28,488 bases of DNA from an uncultured Pseudomonadota bacterium (GTDB lineage Bacteria > SAR324 > NAC60-12). The notes under the pieces were generated by a model that was not told the origin of the DNA, searched no databases, and was given only the letters and a program-made list of their open reading frames with translations. Made by a program: the position numbers and the translations under genes. How positions within the stretch are numbered: the stretch's first letter is position 1; each line of letters starts with the position of its first letter. The stretch covers positions 1-28,488 of the forward strand of contig CAJWCD010000030.1 in NCBI GenBank assembly GCA_913020725.1, in the 5' to 3' direction. Shown here in pieces: positions 1 through 12,860 of the stretch.

Positions 1-68
1 TTGACGACTGGGGTGAAGTCGTAACAAGGTAGCCGTAGGAGAACCTGCGGCTGGACCACCTCCTTTCT
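1..68 (+). rRNA. rrs: 16S rRNA, 3' end (partial)
   Basis: GAAGTCGTAACAAGGTAGCCGTAGGAGAACCTGCGGCTGGACCACCTCCTTTCT covers the conserved helix 44/45 region and the anti-SD CCTCC at 59-63; exact 3' end approximate. Confidence 0.97.
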
Positions 69-154
69 GAGGACGCTGGGTTATCCAATCCAGCAGTCAC
101 TTGGTCGATCCGCACGGCTCTGTAGCCCGTCACGCCGCCTTCGGGCGGTGCGCC

Positions 155-231
155 GGGCCCGTAGCTCAGCCGGTTAGAGCGCGTCCCTGATAAGGACGAG
201 GCCGGTGGTTCGAGTCCACCCGGGCCCACCA
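155..231 (+). tRNA. tRNA-Ile(GAT)
   Basis: Full cloverleaf; acceptor GGGCCCG/CGGGCCC, anticodon GAT at 189-191, T-loop TTCGAGT, encoded CCA; typical ITS position. Confidence 0.97.
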
Positions 232-238
232 GGGCGCG

Positions 239-314
239 GGGGGATTAGCTCAGTTGGTAGAGCGCCTGCCTTGCAAGCAGGAGGTCGGCGGTTCGAACCC
301 GCCATCCTCCACCA
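239..314 (+). tRNA. tRNA-Ala(TGC)
   Basis: Acceptor GGGGGAT/ATCCTCC with the G3:U70 identity pair, anticodon TGC at 272-274, encoded CCA. Confidence 0.97.
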
Positions 315-322
315 ACATTAAT

Positions 323-334
323 TGGTCTTATACA
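323..334 (+). promoter_or_regulatory. Putative spacer boxA antitermination element
   Basis: TGGTCTTATACA matches the boxA consensus TGCTCTTTAACA at 9/12 positions, in the expected place between the spacer tRNAs and 23S. Confidence 0.45.
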
Positions 335-394
335 ACAGAATCCAGAGGGCCGGGATCCGAGAGCAATGTCTGGGGATCCCGGGGTATCTTCCGA

Positions 395-3310
<2,916 letters not shown>

Positions 3311-3415
3311 CGGAAGATGCCCCGGGATCCCTGAAGGATCCTGCCCGATCTGGAATAAAACGAGTCCCTCGGGGTGCGAATGCACCCTGGGGGCTTGTGT
3401 TACACCGTCCTTGGG

Positions 3416-3533
3416 AGTCGGCGCCCACGGCGGGGGGGACACGCGCGGACCCATCCCGAACCCGCACGCTAAGCCCCCTGGCGCCAAGGGTACTGCCGGG
3501 GTAGCCCGGCGGGAGAGTCGGAAGGCGCCGACT
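3416..3533 (+). rRNA. rrf: 5S rRNA
   Basis: Terminal helix AGTCGGCGCC/GGCGCCGACT, CCCATCCCGAAC loop C, GGTACTG...GGGAGAGT loop E region; about 118 nt. Confidence 0.93.
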
Positions 3534-3570
3534 CCAAGGGACGGTTAGGTTGTCATACAAGTAAAGCAAC

Positions 3571-3645
3571 AGGCGCGTAGCTCAGTGGGAGAGCGCTACC
3601 CCGACACGGTAGAAGTCGGCGGTTCAATCCCGCCCGCGCCTACCA
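3571..3645 (+). tRNA. tRNA-Val(GAC), with atypical C33
   Basis: Acceptor AGGCGCG/CGCGCCT, D-arm GCTC/GAGC, anticodon stem CTACC/GGTAG, loop CC-GAC-AC, T-arm GGCGG-TTCAATC-CCGCC, encoded CCA. Confidence 0.92.
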
Positions 3646-3675
3646 AAAATATCCAAGTTTGGAGGTGCCATAGGA

Positions 3676-4221
3676 ATTCGTAAATCACGGACCCCAGTAC
3701 GTCAGGAAGAGACCACACGGATCAACGATCGGATCAGGGCAAGTGAAGTCCGCGTGATCGATTCAGATGGTGAGCAAGTAGGTGTTCTCAGCCTCCAAAA
3801 TGCTCTTGAAAAAGCACAAACAGATGGTTTGGATTTGGTGGAGATTTCACCAAAGGCGCGGCCACCTGTTTGTCGGCTGATGGATTTTGGGAAGTACAAG
3901 TATCAGCAAAGCAAACGCACCCACGCAGCCAAGCAAAATCATAAGATCATCCACCTCAAGGAGGTTAAGTTCAAGCCAAAGATTGAGGAGCACGATTACC
4001 AGTTCAAGCTGAGGAATGCTCTGCGGTTTTTGGATGACGGGGATAAGGTCAAGATCAAGGTAGTGTTTTACGGAAGGATGATGGCCCATAAGGACATGGG
4101 ACGAGTCTTGTTGAATAAGTTTTTGGAAGAGGTTGGCGAACGAAGTGTCGTTGAGCAACCAATCATGGATGAGGGCCGGAACATGTTTATGATTCTCGCC
4201 CCGCCCCACAAGAAAAAGTAA
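3676..4221 (+). CDS. infC: Translation initiation factor IF-3 (non-AUG start: ATT at 3676, alternatively ATA at 3670)
   Basis: IF-3 motifs RINDRIRASEVRVI, GLDLVEISPKARPPVCRLMDFGKYKY, KEVKFKPKIEEHD. The frame extends upstream of the GTG called in the ORF track to in-frame ATA/ATT behind SD GGAGGTG (3661-3667). Confidence 0.95.
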   Translation: MRKSRTPVRQEETTRINDRIRASEVRVIDSDGEQVGVLSLQNALEKAQTDGLDLVEISPKARPPVCRLMDFGKYKYQQSKRTHAAKQNHKIIHLKEVKFKPKIEEHDYQFKLRNALRFLDDGDKVKIKVVFYGRMMAHKDMGRVLLNKFLEEVGERSVVEQPIMDEGRNMFMILAPPHKKK

Positions 4222-4231
4222 GAGCTTACTA

Positions 4232-4426
4232 ATGAAAATGAAAACCCACCGAGGGGCTGCCAAACGTTTTCGGGTGACTGGCAGTGGTAAGGTTAAACGG
4301 AAACGAGCCTATTTGCGTCACGGCATGCGCAAGCGTAGTCAGGACGTAAAACGAGCTCTCCGGAAGAAAACCTACGTCACTGTTGAGGATATGGGACTTG
4401 TAGAACGACTTCTTCCGAATAGGTAA
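4232..4426 (+). CDS. rpmI: 50S ribosomal protein L35
   Basis: [22 protein letters not shown] signature; synteny infC-rpmI-rplT. Confidence 0.97.
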   Translation: MKMKTHRGAAKRFRVTGSGKVKRKRAYLRHGMRKRSQDVKRALRKKTYVTVEDMGLVERLLPNR

Positions 4427-4428
4427 GC

Positions 4429-4788
4429 ATGGCACGGATTAAGCGAGCGGTTCATTCGCGCAAGCGAAAGAAGGATTATTTCAAGGCGGCAAAAGGTTAC
4501 CGGGGAGGTCGCGGTAAGCTCTGGAGAACAGTCAAAGACGCTGTTGAACGATCATGGGAATACAGCTATCGGGATCGAAAAGTCCGGAAGCGTGAATTCC
4601 GGAAGACTTGGATTCAGCGTATCAATGCAGCCGTGCGAGTTGAAGGCTTGAAGTACAGTGAGTTCATCTACGAGCTGGGGAAAGCCGGAATTGACCTTGA
4701 TCGCAAGGCTTTGGCGCACTTAGCGCTTGATGAACCTGATGCCTTTTCAAAAATTGTCGGCCAAGTGAAAGCACAAATGGCGGCATAA
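4429..4788 (+). CDS. rplT: 50S ribosomal protein L20
   Basis: [35 protein letters not shown] signatures. Confidence 0.97.
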   Translation: MARIKRAVHSRKRKKDYFKAAKGYRGGRGKLWRTVKDAVERSWEYSYRDRKVRKREFRKTWIQRINAAVRVEGLKYSEFIYELGKAGIDLDRKALAHLALDEPDAFSKIVGQVKAQMAA

Positions 4789-4817
4789 TCTACAGATTTT
4801 TTCAAAAAATTGGTGAT

Positions 4818-4858
4818 AAAGAGCCCTGCCTCAGTTTAACTGAGGCAGGGCTTTTTTT
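4818..4858 (+). terminator. Rho-independent terminator after rplT
   Basis: Perfect 13-bp stem AGCCCTGCCTCAG/CTGAGGCAGGGCT running into a T7 tract (4852-4858). Confidence 0.9.
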
Positions 4859-4925
4859 GTTTGTAGTGGTTGTATTCAGGCGTGGATTCAGTAAAGTATC
4901 AGTGGAACCTTGTGGAGATGGGCTT

Positions 4926-5672
4926 ATGAACAAAGTGTTGATTGTGACCGGGGGAAGTCGAGGAATCGGAGCTGCGACGGCACTCCTCGCAGCAAAGCAG
5001 GGTTATGGTGTTTGCGTGAACTATCAGACTCGTGTGAATGCAGCGGATTCAGTGGTGGGAGCAATTTTGGCTGAGGGGGGACGTGCTATTGCGGTGGCAG
5101 GTGATATTTCTTCAGAGGAAGAGGTTGTCCGGGTTTTTGGAGAAACTGAGGAACAGCTAGGTCAGGTGACCGCACTTGTCAACAACGCCGGAGTACTTGA
5201 GCCGCAAATGCGGATGGAGGCAATGACTCCGGAGCGCTGGAGCCGAGTGTTGGCGATCAATGTGATCGGAAGTTTTCTCTGTGCACGGGAAGCTATCAAG
5301 CGGATGTCCATGAAATCTGGAGGGAATGGTGGTGTGATCGTGAATGTTTCTTCAATCGCCGCGAAGTTGGGGGCACCAGGAGAGTATGTGGACTATGCGG
5401 CGTCCAAAGCGGCGGTTGATGCTATGACCATGGGTTTAGCCAAAGAAGTGGCCACTGAAGGCATCCGCGTCAATGCGGTGCGTCCGGGCGTGATTTACAC
5501 GGAGATTCACGCAAGTGGAGGCGAACCCAAGCGTGTGGATCGTGTGAAAAACAGTGTTCCGATGCAACGCGGCGGAAATCCGGAGGAAGTGGCCAGCGCA
5601 ATCCTGTGGTTGCTTTCTGAAGAGGCGTCCTATGTAACTGGGGCGTTTGTGGATGTTTCAGGGGGACGATAA
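4926..5672 (+). CDS. Short-chain dehydrogenase/reductase (YgfF-like)
   Basis: TGGSRGIG Rossmann motif, NNAG, catalytic YAASK; GEYVDYAASK and HASGGEP..RVDRVK as in E. coli YgfF. ATG at 4926 follows GGAG. Confidence 0.9.
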   Translation: MNKVLIVTGGSRGIGAATALLAAKQGYGVCVNYQTRVNAADSVVGAILAEGGRAIAVAGDISSEEEVVRVFGETEEQLGQVTALVNNAGVLEPQMRMEAMTPERWSRVLAINVIGSFLCAREAIKRMSMKSGGNGGVIVNVSSIAAKLGAPGEYVDYAASKAAVDAMTMGLAKEVATEGIRVNAVRPGVIYTEIHASGGEPKRVDRVKNSVPMQRGGNPEEVASAILWLLSEEASYVTGAFVDVSGGR

Positions 5673-5693
5673 TTCTGAACCAGCGGACTAAAA

Positions 5694-8600
5694 TCAACTG
5701 CTGCGCCCGACCATTACGAAGGCGGACCAATAGAACGGAGCGCTCCAGCGCATGGACTCTACCATCTCCAGGCGCGCTTCCCGCAGGGCTTGACGTGGAG
5801 GGGTTCCGGAGAGGTATTTGTCGTAGAACTTGCTCATCAAAAGCTGGGTGCCGTCGTCGCTGACCTCCCAGAAGGAATTGATCACGGAATTCACGCCGGC
5901 TTCCTGAAACGAGCGCCGGAGTCCGTACACCCCTTCCCCTTCATGAATTTCTCCCAATCCCGTTTCGCAGGCTGAAAGCACGACCAACTGGGTTCCAGTG
6001 AGGTCGAGGCTGAGGATTTCCATGGCTGTGAGAACGCCATCGTTGTCGGTGTCGATCTCGCCAAGCAGGGGCGCATTGGCATTCAGTCCAGCAAAGGCGA
6101 GGCCAGCCCGCAAAAGCGGATTGTCCGCAGGTGGCGGTAACCGATTTGCGCTTCCACGAGATAGGCCCTTGATACGTTTGGCGAGAGTTTCTTCCTCTTT
6201 TAGGAAGAATCCGTGGGTGGCGATGTGCAGGATATTCGGAGGTTTGGAAAGAGTACGAAGGCGTTGTTCCTCCCCATCCCGACGAGTATAGATTACCGTC
6301 GTCAGGGCTTTCTCGTCCATCACCTTCTTGATCACCTCGCCTTCTTTCTCGGCACCGGGCAAGGGATCAAACCGGAGTCCTCGGAGTCCGGAGCCCATGC
6401 GTGCGCCCTGCGCCACACTGCTGGAACGCTTGCGGGAAACCTCTTTGGCTTTGGGGGAGTTGATGATTTCGTCGGAATCATAATCCGGACCAGCGATGAT
6501 GACAATGTCGCCCTCAGCAGAGGGGAGTTGCTCTGCAACCAAATCCCGAGACGAACTGATCAAGCGCAGGTCGTATTTTTGGATGAGGTACTCCTCCTCG
6601 TCATCCACCAGCACGTCAAAAGGCAGAATGTTGAGGACGCTGTCCGGAGCAACGTAAATGCTTTCTTGCTCTCCCAAATACTCGTTGAGTGGTTCCCAGA
6701 GCGGAACCCAGAGCTCGTTAGCCGCCATCATGACATCTTCGTCTTCTGAACCCTCATCCTGAATGGTCTCACGGACGACTTCGATCAGCTCGCGGATGGG
6801 TTCGAGTTCCCCATAGTTGACAATGTTGAGTTCGCCATCGGAGACCACCACCGCCAGCAGTTGCAGGGTGTCGTCCTCATTGCGGTAAACGAGGAAGTCC
6901 ACCAATGCCGCATTTGCGAGTTGCTCGACCACCTCTTCTGGAGCCACAGGTTTCAGCGATTCCCGGAAACGCTGGCTGGCCTGTCCGAGCTGAAGCTGGA
7001 GTGCGTTCACTCGTTCTTCGAACGTGTGGATTTTACTGGCGAACACGTTCCGGTTTTCCGGAGTCGGACCGGCAAGCGTCAAAGAGGCTAGTTCCTTTCG
7101 AGTTTCCGTGAGTTTCGTAGTGATAGTTTTCAGCACGGGATCATTGGACATCTGCACGACCTGCTGGGTTTCGCTAGTGATCTTCAGCAGGAGGCCCTTG
7201 CGTTGGAGGCTGACATTCAGCACTTCCAAAGCGATGTCCTCACCCTGCTCTCCTTGTTTGAGCAGTAACCGTAAATAAGCATCCTGCTCTGGCCGGTGCA
7301 TCCCGATGTAGGATTGGCGCGTGTTGTCTCCGGCGACCCACAGCACCCGATCAAAAAAGATGTTGCGGCGAGCAAAGCCTTCTCGCCTGAGTGCGTGGGC
7401 ACTCCCAAATTCTTCCAGTTCTTCCAGCAAATCGGCCAGATTGTTGAGTGTCTCAAAGGTGTAGGGGTGGGAAGTGCCAAGCACCTCTTCTGCCAAGGCG
7501 AGAGTATTTTGTAACTGCTCAACTGCTTCTTCACGCTTGCCCATGCGGCCGAGCAGGACGCCAAGGTCGTTCATGCTCCGGAGCGTGTCGGGATGGCGTT
7601 TGGTGAACACTTTAGTGCGACGTCGCAACGCTTCAGTGAGCAAAGGCTCGGCCTGCTTGTAGTCTTCTAACTGCATGTGAACGCGCCCAAGGTTGTTGAG
7701 TGCCTTCATGGTGTTCTGGTGGGTCTTGCCAAGTTGAAGTTCCCAAGCTTGAGAGACTTCCGTGAACAACGGCAGCGCTTCTTGCGGGCGGTTGTCACGG
7801 AGGTAGAGGTAACCAAGGTTGTTGAGGTTGGCCAGCGTGTGCGTGTGAGATTCACCGTAAACTTTGCGGTTCAGTTGGATGACCGTTTTGTAGTTCAACT
7901 CTGACCGCTCGAAATCCCCTTGCGATTCGTAGAGAAATGCGAGGTTGTTGAGCAACGCCAGTGTGCTGGGGTGTTCCGGGCCAAGCTTGGTTTGTGCATT
8001 GGAAAACGCCTGCTTGAAAAGCGGCTCAGCCTGATCGTAGAGTCCCTGGCTTTCTAGGAGTTGGGCCAGATTGTTCTGGAGGTTGATAATGTTGGCCGCG
8101 TAGCTGCCGTCATCACCTAGCGCGTCTTCCATAATCTGGAGAGCACTCCGGAACTGTTGTTCCGCAAGGGCATAGCTGCCCAAACGCTGATTTACGCTGG
8201 CAAGGTTGTTGAGGTCGGTTGCGATGTTCGGGTGGGCATCACCGAGCAACTTGCGGTCCAACTCGTACACCTGCCCGTGAAGTTCAAGCGCTTGCTTGAG
8301 GCGTCCAGTGTCTTCGTACAATTGAGCGAGGTGGCTTGTTGCCTGAATCGTGAGGGAATCCTCTTGGCCAAGGCCGAGGTTGACCTGGGCCAGCACCTCA
8401 GTGAAAAGTGCCTCTGCGGTTTCGTACTGCCCAAGTTGACGATGGGTTTCCGCGAGGGCTTCCACCGTCGAGAGGGTTTCGTAGTCCTCAGCCCCCAGTG
8501 CCTCGGTTTGGAGGGTCCGAAGTTTTTTGAGGGAATCGAGAGATTTTTGTAGCTGCCCCTGAAGTTGCTGCACACGGGCGATGGCGGAAAGCGTGGAGAG

Positions 8601-9227
8601 GGTTTCCGGGTGTTGGCTACCCAAAGCAACTTCTAGTCCTTGGAGGACGGTTTGGAGATGGGACGATGCGGCCTCAAGTTGCTGCTGGGTTTCGAGGTTG
8701 AGCGCGAGTGCCCGGAGGCGAGTGAGGGTTTGGGGAGCCGGTTCGCCAAGGCTACGGATGGAACGTTGGTGCGATTCGGAGCGGAGTTCCTGAGCGTAGG
8801 TGAACTCGCCAACGTCTTCCAGAAAATCGGCGTATTTGTCCAGTGTGGTCAGAGTCAGGGGGTCATCCGGACCCAACACCTCCTGGAGGGAGCCGAGGGT
8901 TTCCTGATAAAGTTGGTTCGCTTCCTCAAGGTAGCCCACTTCGACCAAGAGTTGGGCTTGGAAGCCAAGGGTGAGTTCCACCAATCCGGGATCGTCAGGC
9001 GCAAGGGTGTCTTGCGCAAGGAAGAGCATTTCGGTGGAAATCGAGAGTGCTTGTTCCAGATTTCCTTCCTGATAAAGTTGTTCAACCTGCGCCTGAAGGC
9101 TGGCAAGTTGCTCCAGAGGGTCCGTGGTGCTGTCTTGGGCAACTCCGGTCAGGGGCAGGCTGGTGAGGAGCAGGAGGCCGAGGGCCAGCACATTCCTCCA
9201 GAAGTAGTGACTTGGAATCGAGGGCAT
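5694..9227 (-). CDS. Signal-peptide TPR-repeat protein with C-terminal CHAT (caspase-like) peptidase domain
   Basis: Hydrophobic N-terminal signal (VLALGLLLLTSLPLTGVA); roughly 13-14 repeats of ~42 aa of the HPxTxxxLNNLA type; CHAT catalytic motifs LHIATHG and LSACETG; C-terminal PFYWSAF. Confidence 0.92.
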   Translation of the reverse strand: MPSIPSHYFWRNVLALGLLLLTSLPLTGVAQDSTTDPLEQLASLQAQVEQLYQEGNLEQALSISTEMLFLAQDTLAPDDPGLVELTLGFQAQLLVEVGYLEEANQLYQETLGSLQEVLGPDDPLTLTTLDKYADFLEDVGEFTYAQELRSESHQRSIRSLGEPAPQTLTRLRALALNLETQQQLEAASSHLQTVLQGLEVALGSQHPETLSTLSAIARVQQLQGQLQKSLDSLKKLRTLQTEALGAEDYETLSTVEALAETHRQLGQYETAEALFTEVLAQVNLGLGQEDSLTIQATSHLAQLYEDTGRLKQALELHGQVYELDRKLLGDAHPNIATDLNNLASVNQRLGSYALAEQQFRSALQIMEDALGDDGSYAANIINLQNNLAQLLESQGLYDQAEPLFKQAFSNAQTKLGPEHPSTLALLNNLAFLYESQGDFERSELNYKTVIQLNRKVYGESHTHTLANLNNLGYLYLRDNRPQEALPLFTEVSQAWELQLGKTHQNTMKALNNLGRVHMQLEDYKQAEPLLTEALRRRTKVFTKRHPDTLRSMNDLGVLLGRMGKREEAVEQLQNTLALAEEVLGTSHPYTFETLNNLADLLEELEEFGSAHALRREGFARRNIFFDRVLWVAGDNTRQSYIGMHRPEQDAYLRLLLKQGEQGEDIALEVLNVSLQRKGLLLKITSETQQVVQMSNDPVLKTITTKLTETRKELASLTLAGPTPENRNVFASKIHTFEERVNALQLQLGQASQRFRESLKPVAPEEVVEQLANAALVDFLVYRNEDDTLQLLAVVVSDGELNIVNYGELEPIRELIEVVRETIQDEGSEDEDVMMAANELWVPLWEPLNEYLGEQESIYVAPDSVLNILPFDVLVDDEEEYLIQKYDLRLISSSRDLVAEQLPSAEGDIVIIAGPDYDSDEIINSPKAKEVSRKRSSSVAQGARMGSGLRGLRFDPLPGAEKEGEVIKKVMDEKALTTVIYTRRDGEEQRLRTLSKPPNILHIATHGFFLKEEETLAKRIKGLSRGSANRLPPPADNPLLRAGLAFAGLNANAPLLGEIDTDNDGVLTAMEILSLDLTGTQLVVLSACETGLGEIHEGEGVYGLRRSFQEAGVNSVINSFWEVSDDGTQLLMSKFYDKYLSGTPPRQALREARLEMVESMRWSAPFYWSAFVMVGRSS

Positions 9228-9249
9228 CGTCTTTTTTGGGTCGAAGGTT

Positions 9250-11187
<1,938 letters not shown>

Positions 11188-11235
11188 TGAGGAACCGTCT
11201 TCATAAGGTGGTGAGGGGCTTCAAGGTGACCTTAA

Positions 11236-11264
11236 AATCTAATGAAATTCGCGGGTAATTTCAA
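11236..11264 (-). promoter_or_regulatory. Putative sigma70 promoter for the ABC-F / TPR-CHAT genes
   Basis: Minus strand TTGAAA (11264-11259), 17 nt, TAGATT (11241-11236). Confidence 0.5.
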
Positions 11265-11360
11265 CGCATTTCCACCACCAAGGTTGCACCCCCCTGCGGA
11301 TGGGCTTTATTTTTCTCGACAACCGGCCCAAAATCATCACATCCGAATTTCAGGAGTCTC

Positions 11361-12860
11361 ATGCATCGCCACGCCAATCTGCCCCAGCCGAACTCGTACT
11401 TTGACCGGAACCAGCCGGACAACGAGTCGTTGCTAGTCCAACTCTGCGAACACCTTCACCGCTCCGGGTTTCTCTATGACGACGGGAATCCCGCAGAGAT
11501 TCGGCGGGGCGAAGAAGTGCTGCTGGATTTCTTTGAGCAGGAAGCACAAGTGGTGCAGGAGTTCCTGCCCCGGGAGCGGCTCCAGCAGTTTCTGGAACAC
11601 CTCAAGCGCTTCAATTGGCCGCAGAAGCAATTGCGCGATCGTCTGCATCGTCGCATCGTCAGTGCGTTTGACCGCTTGGCGCGTGGAGTCCATCACCACT
11701 TCAACATCCGGCGCAACTTGGCGATTGGACTTCAGCAGCCGACTGGGCATCCACTGTCGGAGTTTCTGCTCTATGTGGAGGCGTACTGGAACTTGCTGCT
11801 GAAAACGGAGGAAGCGACCACCGAGCAGCAGGAAACAGAGGAAGCAGAACCCGATCTTTCCGGGCAGCGCTATTCCATTGACGACATCCTCCAACTCCGC
11901 AAGCAGGTGCAGGAGCGTGTTGCCGCCCGCCAGTTTATGAGAATGGTGCTGGGGGACATCGCCAAGCAACGCGGGGTGACGGTGGGGCAACTTGATCCGG
12001 AAGCCGAACCACGACAATTCGAAGAGCGCCAGCACGAGCGCATTGAATTCCTGAAGCCTTCGCAAGCTCCGGCGCATCCGGAGCCAGCAGCAACGCTGGT
12101 GGCGGAACCCACTGCGACAGCGGAGGACAAGGTGGAGGCGGAAGCGCCAGAGTCGGATTTGGATTTGGTGCTGGAGCCGGATTTGTCGCTAGGTGCAGAG
12201 GATCAGGAGGAGGAAGCCCCACTGCTGATTCCGGAGATTGAAATCGCTGAAGCCACTGCTGCCGATGCGATGTTTCAGGGGGAAAACCCCAAAGCCGCAG
12301 CTCCGGAAACTCCAACTTCGGAGGATGCGGAATCGGTGGCAAGCAACGACTCGGAATCAGTAGAGCATACCAAGTCGTCTGCTGAGGTCTCGGTTGAGGA
12401 AAAGTCCACAGTTCCGGAACCTTCGGAGGAACTCGAAGAGTATGAGGAGGAGCCTCCAGCGCCTGCTCCGGCGACAGCAGCGGCTCTGCTGGACCTCGGA
12501 GACGAGGACATTGACGACGATGATTTTGAGGAAGGACTGAAGGAAGTTTCCACCGACGAGGCCGATGTGGTGTTCGGAACCGGACCCATCACCCGCGATG
12601 CTCTGCAACGCTATGTGCGGGAGTATCCGGACAGCGCACTTCGGTTTCTCCTGCGGAGAGAAATAGATGGACGCCCACTCTCCAGAGAAGTCGAGTCGGT
12701 TCACGAGCAGTGGCAGGAGCGCGGACTGGTGCGCGGGCGTGTAAACCGCTACTTGCTGGAGTTGATGAGTTGGGAGGAAATCCCGGATTTGCCCATCCAT
12801 GAACTGCTGGGCGAAATGCGTCGGCATCTCGTCTCGCTCAGTGTTACTGAGGGAGTTTGA
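11361..12860 (+). CDS. Hypothetical protein with long acidic low-complexity linker
   Basis: 499-aa ORF with SD AGGAG just upstream, filling the gap between ABC-F and rseP; helical-looking ends and an E/D/A/P-rich middle; no family recognised. Confidence 0.8.
   Translation: MHRHANLPQPNSYFDRNQPDNESLLVQLCEHLHRSGFLYDDGNPAEIRRGEEVLLDFFEQEAQVVQEFLPRERLQQFLEHLKRFNWPQKQLRDRLHRRIVSAFDRLARGVHHHFNIRRNLAIGLQQPTGHPLSEFLLYVEAYWNLLLKTEEATTEQQETEEAEPDLSGQRYSIDDILQLRKQVQERVAARQFMRMVLGDIAKQRGVTVGQLDPEAEPRQFEERQHERIEFLKPSQAPAHPEPAATLVAEPTATAEDKVEAEAPESDLDLVLEPDLSLGAEDQEEEAPLLIPEIEIAEATAADAMFQGENPKAAAPETPTSEDAESVASNDSESVEHTKSSAEVSVEEKSTVPEPSEELEEYEEEPPAPAPATAAALLDLGDEDIDDDDFEEGLKEVSTDEADVVFGTGPITRDALQRYVREYPDSALRFLLRREIDGRPLSREVESVHEQWQERGLVRGRVNRYLLELMSWEEIPDLPIHELLGEMRRHLVSLSVTEGV

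Noticed and set aside
5694..9227. CRISPR-associated (Craspase-type) role for the TPR-CHAT gene
   Set aside because: No array or cas genes in the window; the periodicity is protein-level TPR repeats, and the protein appears exported
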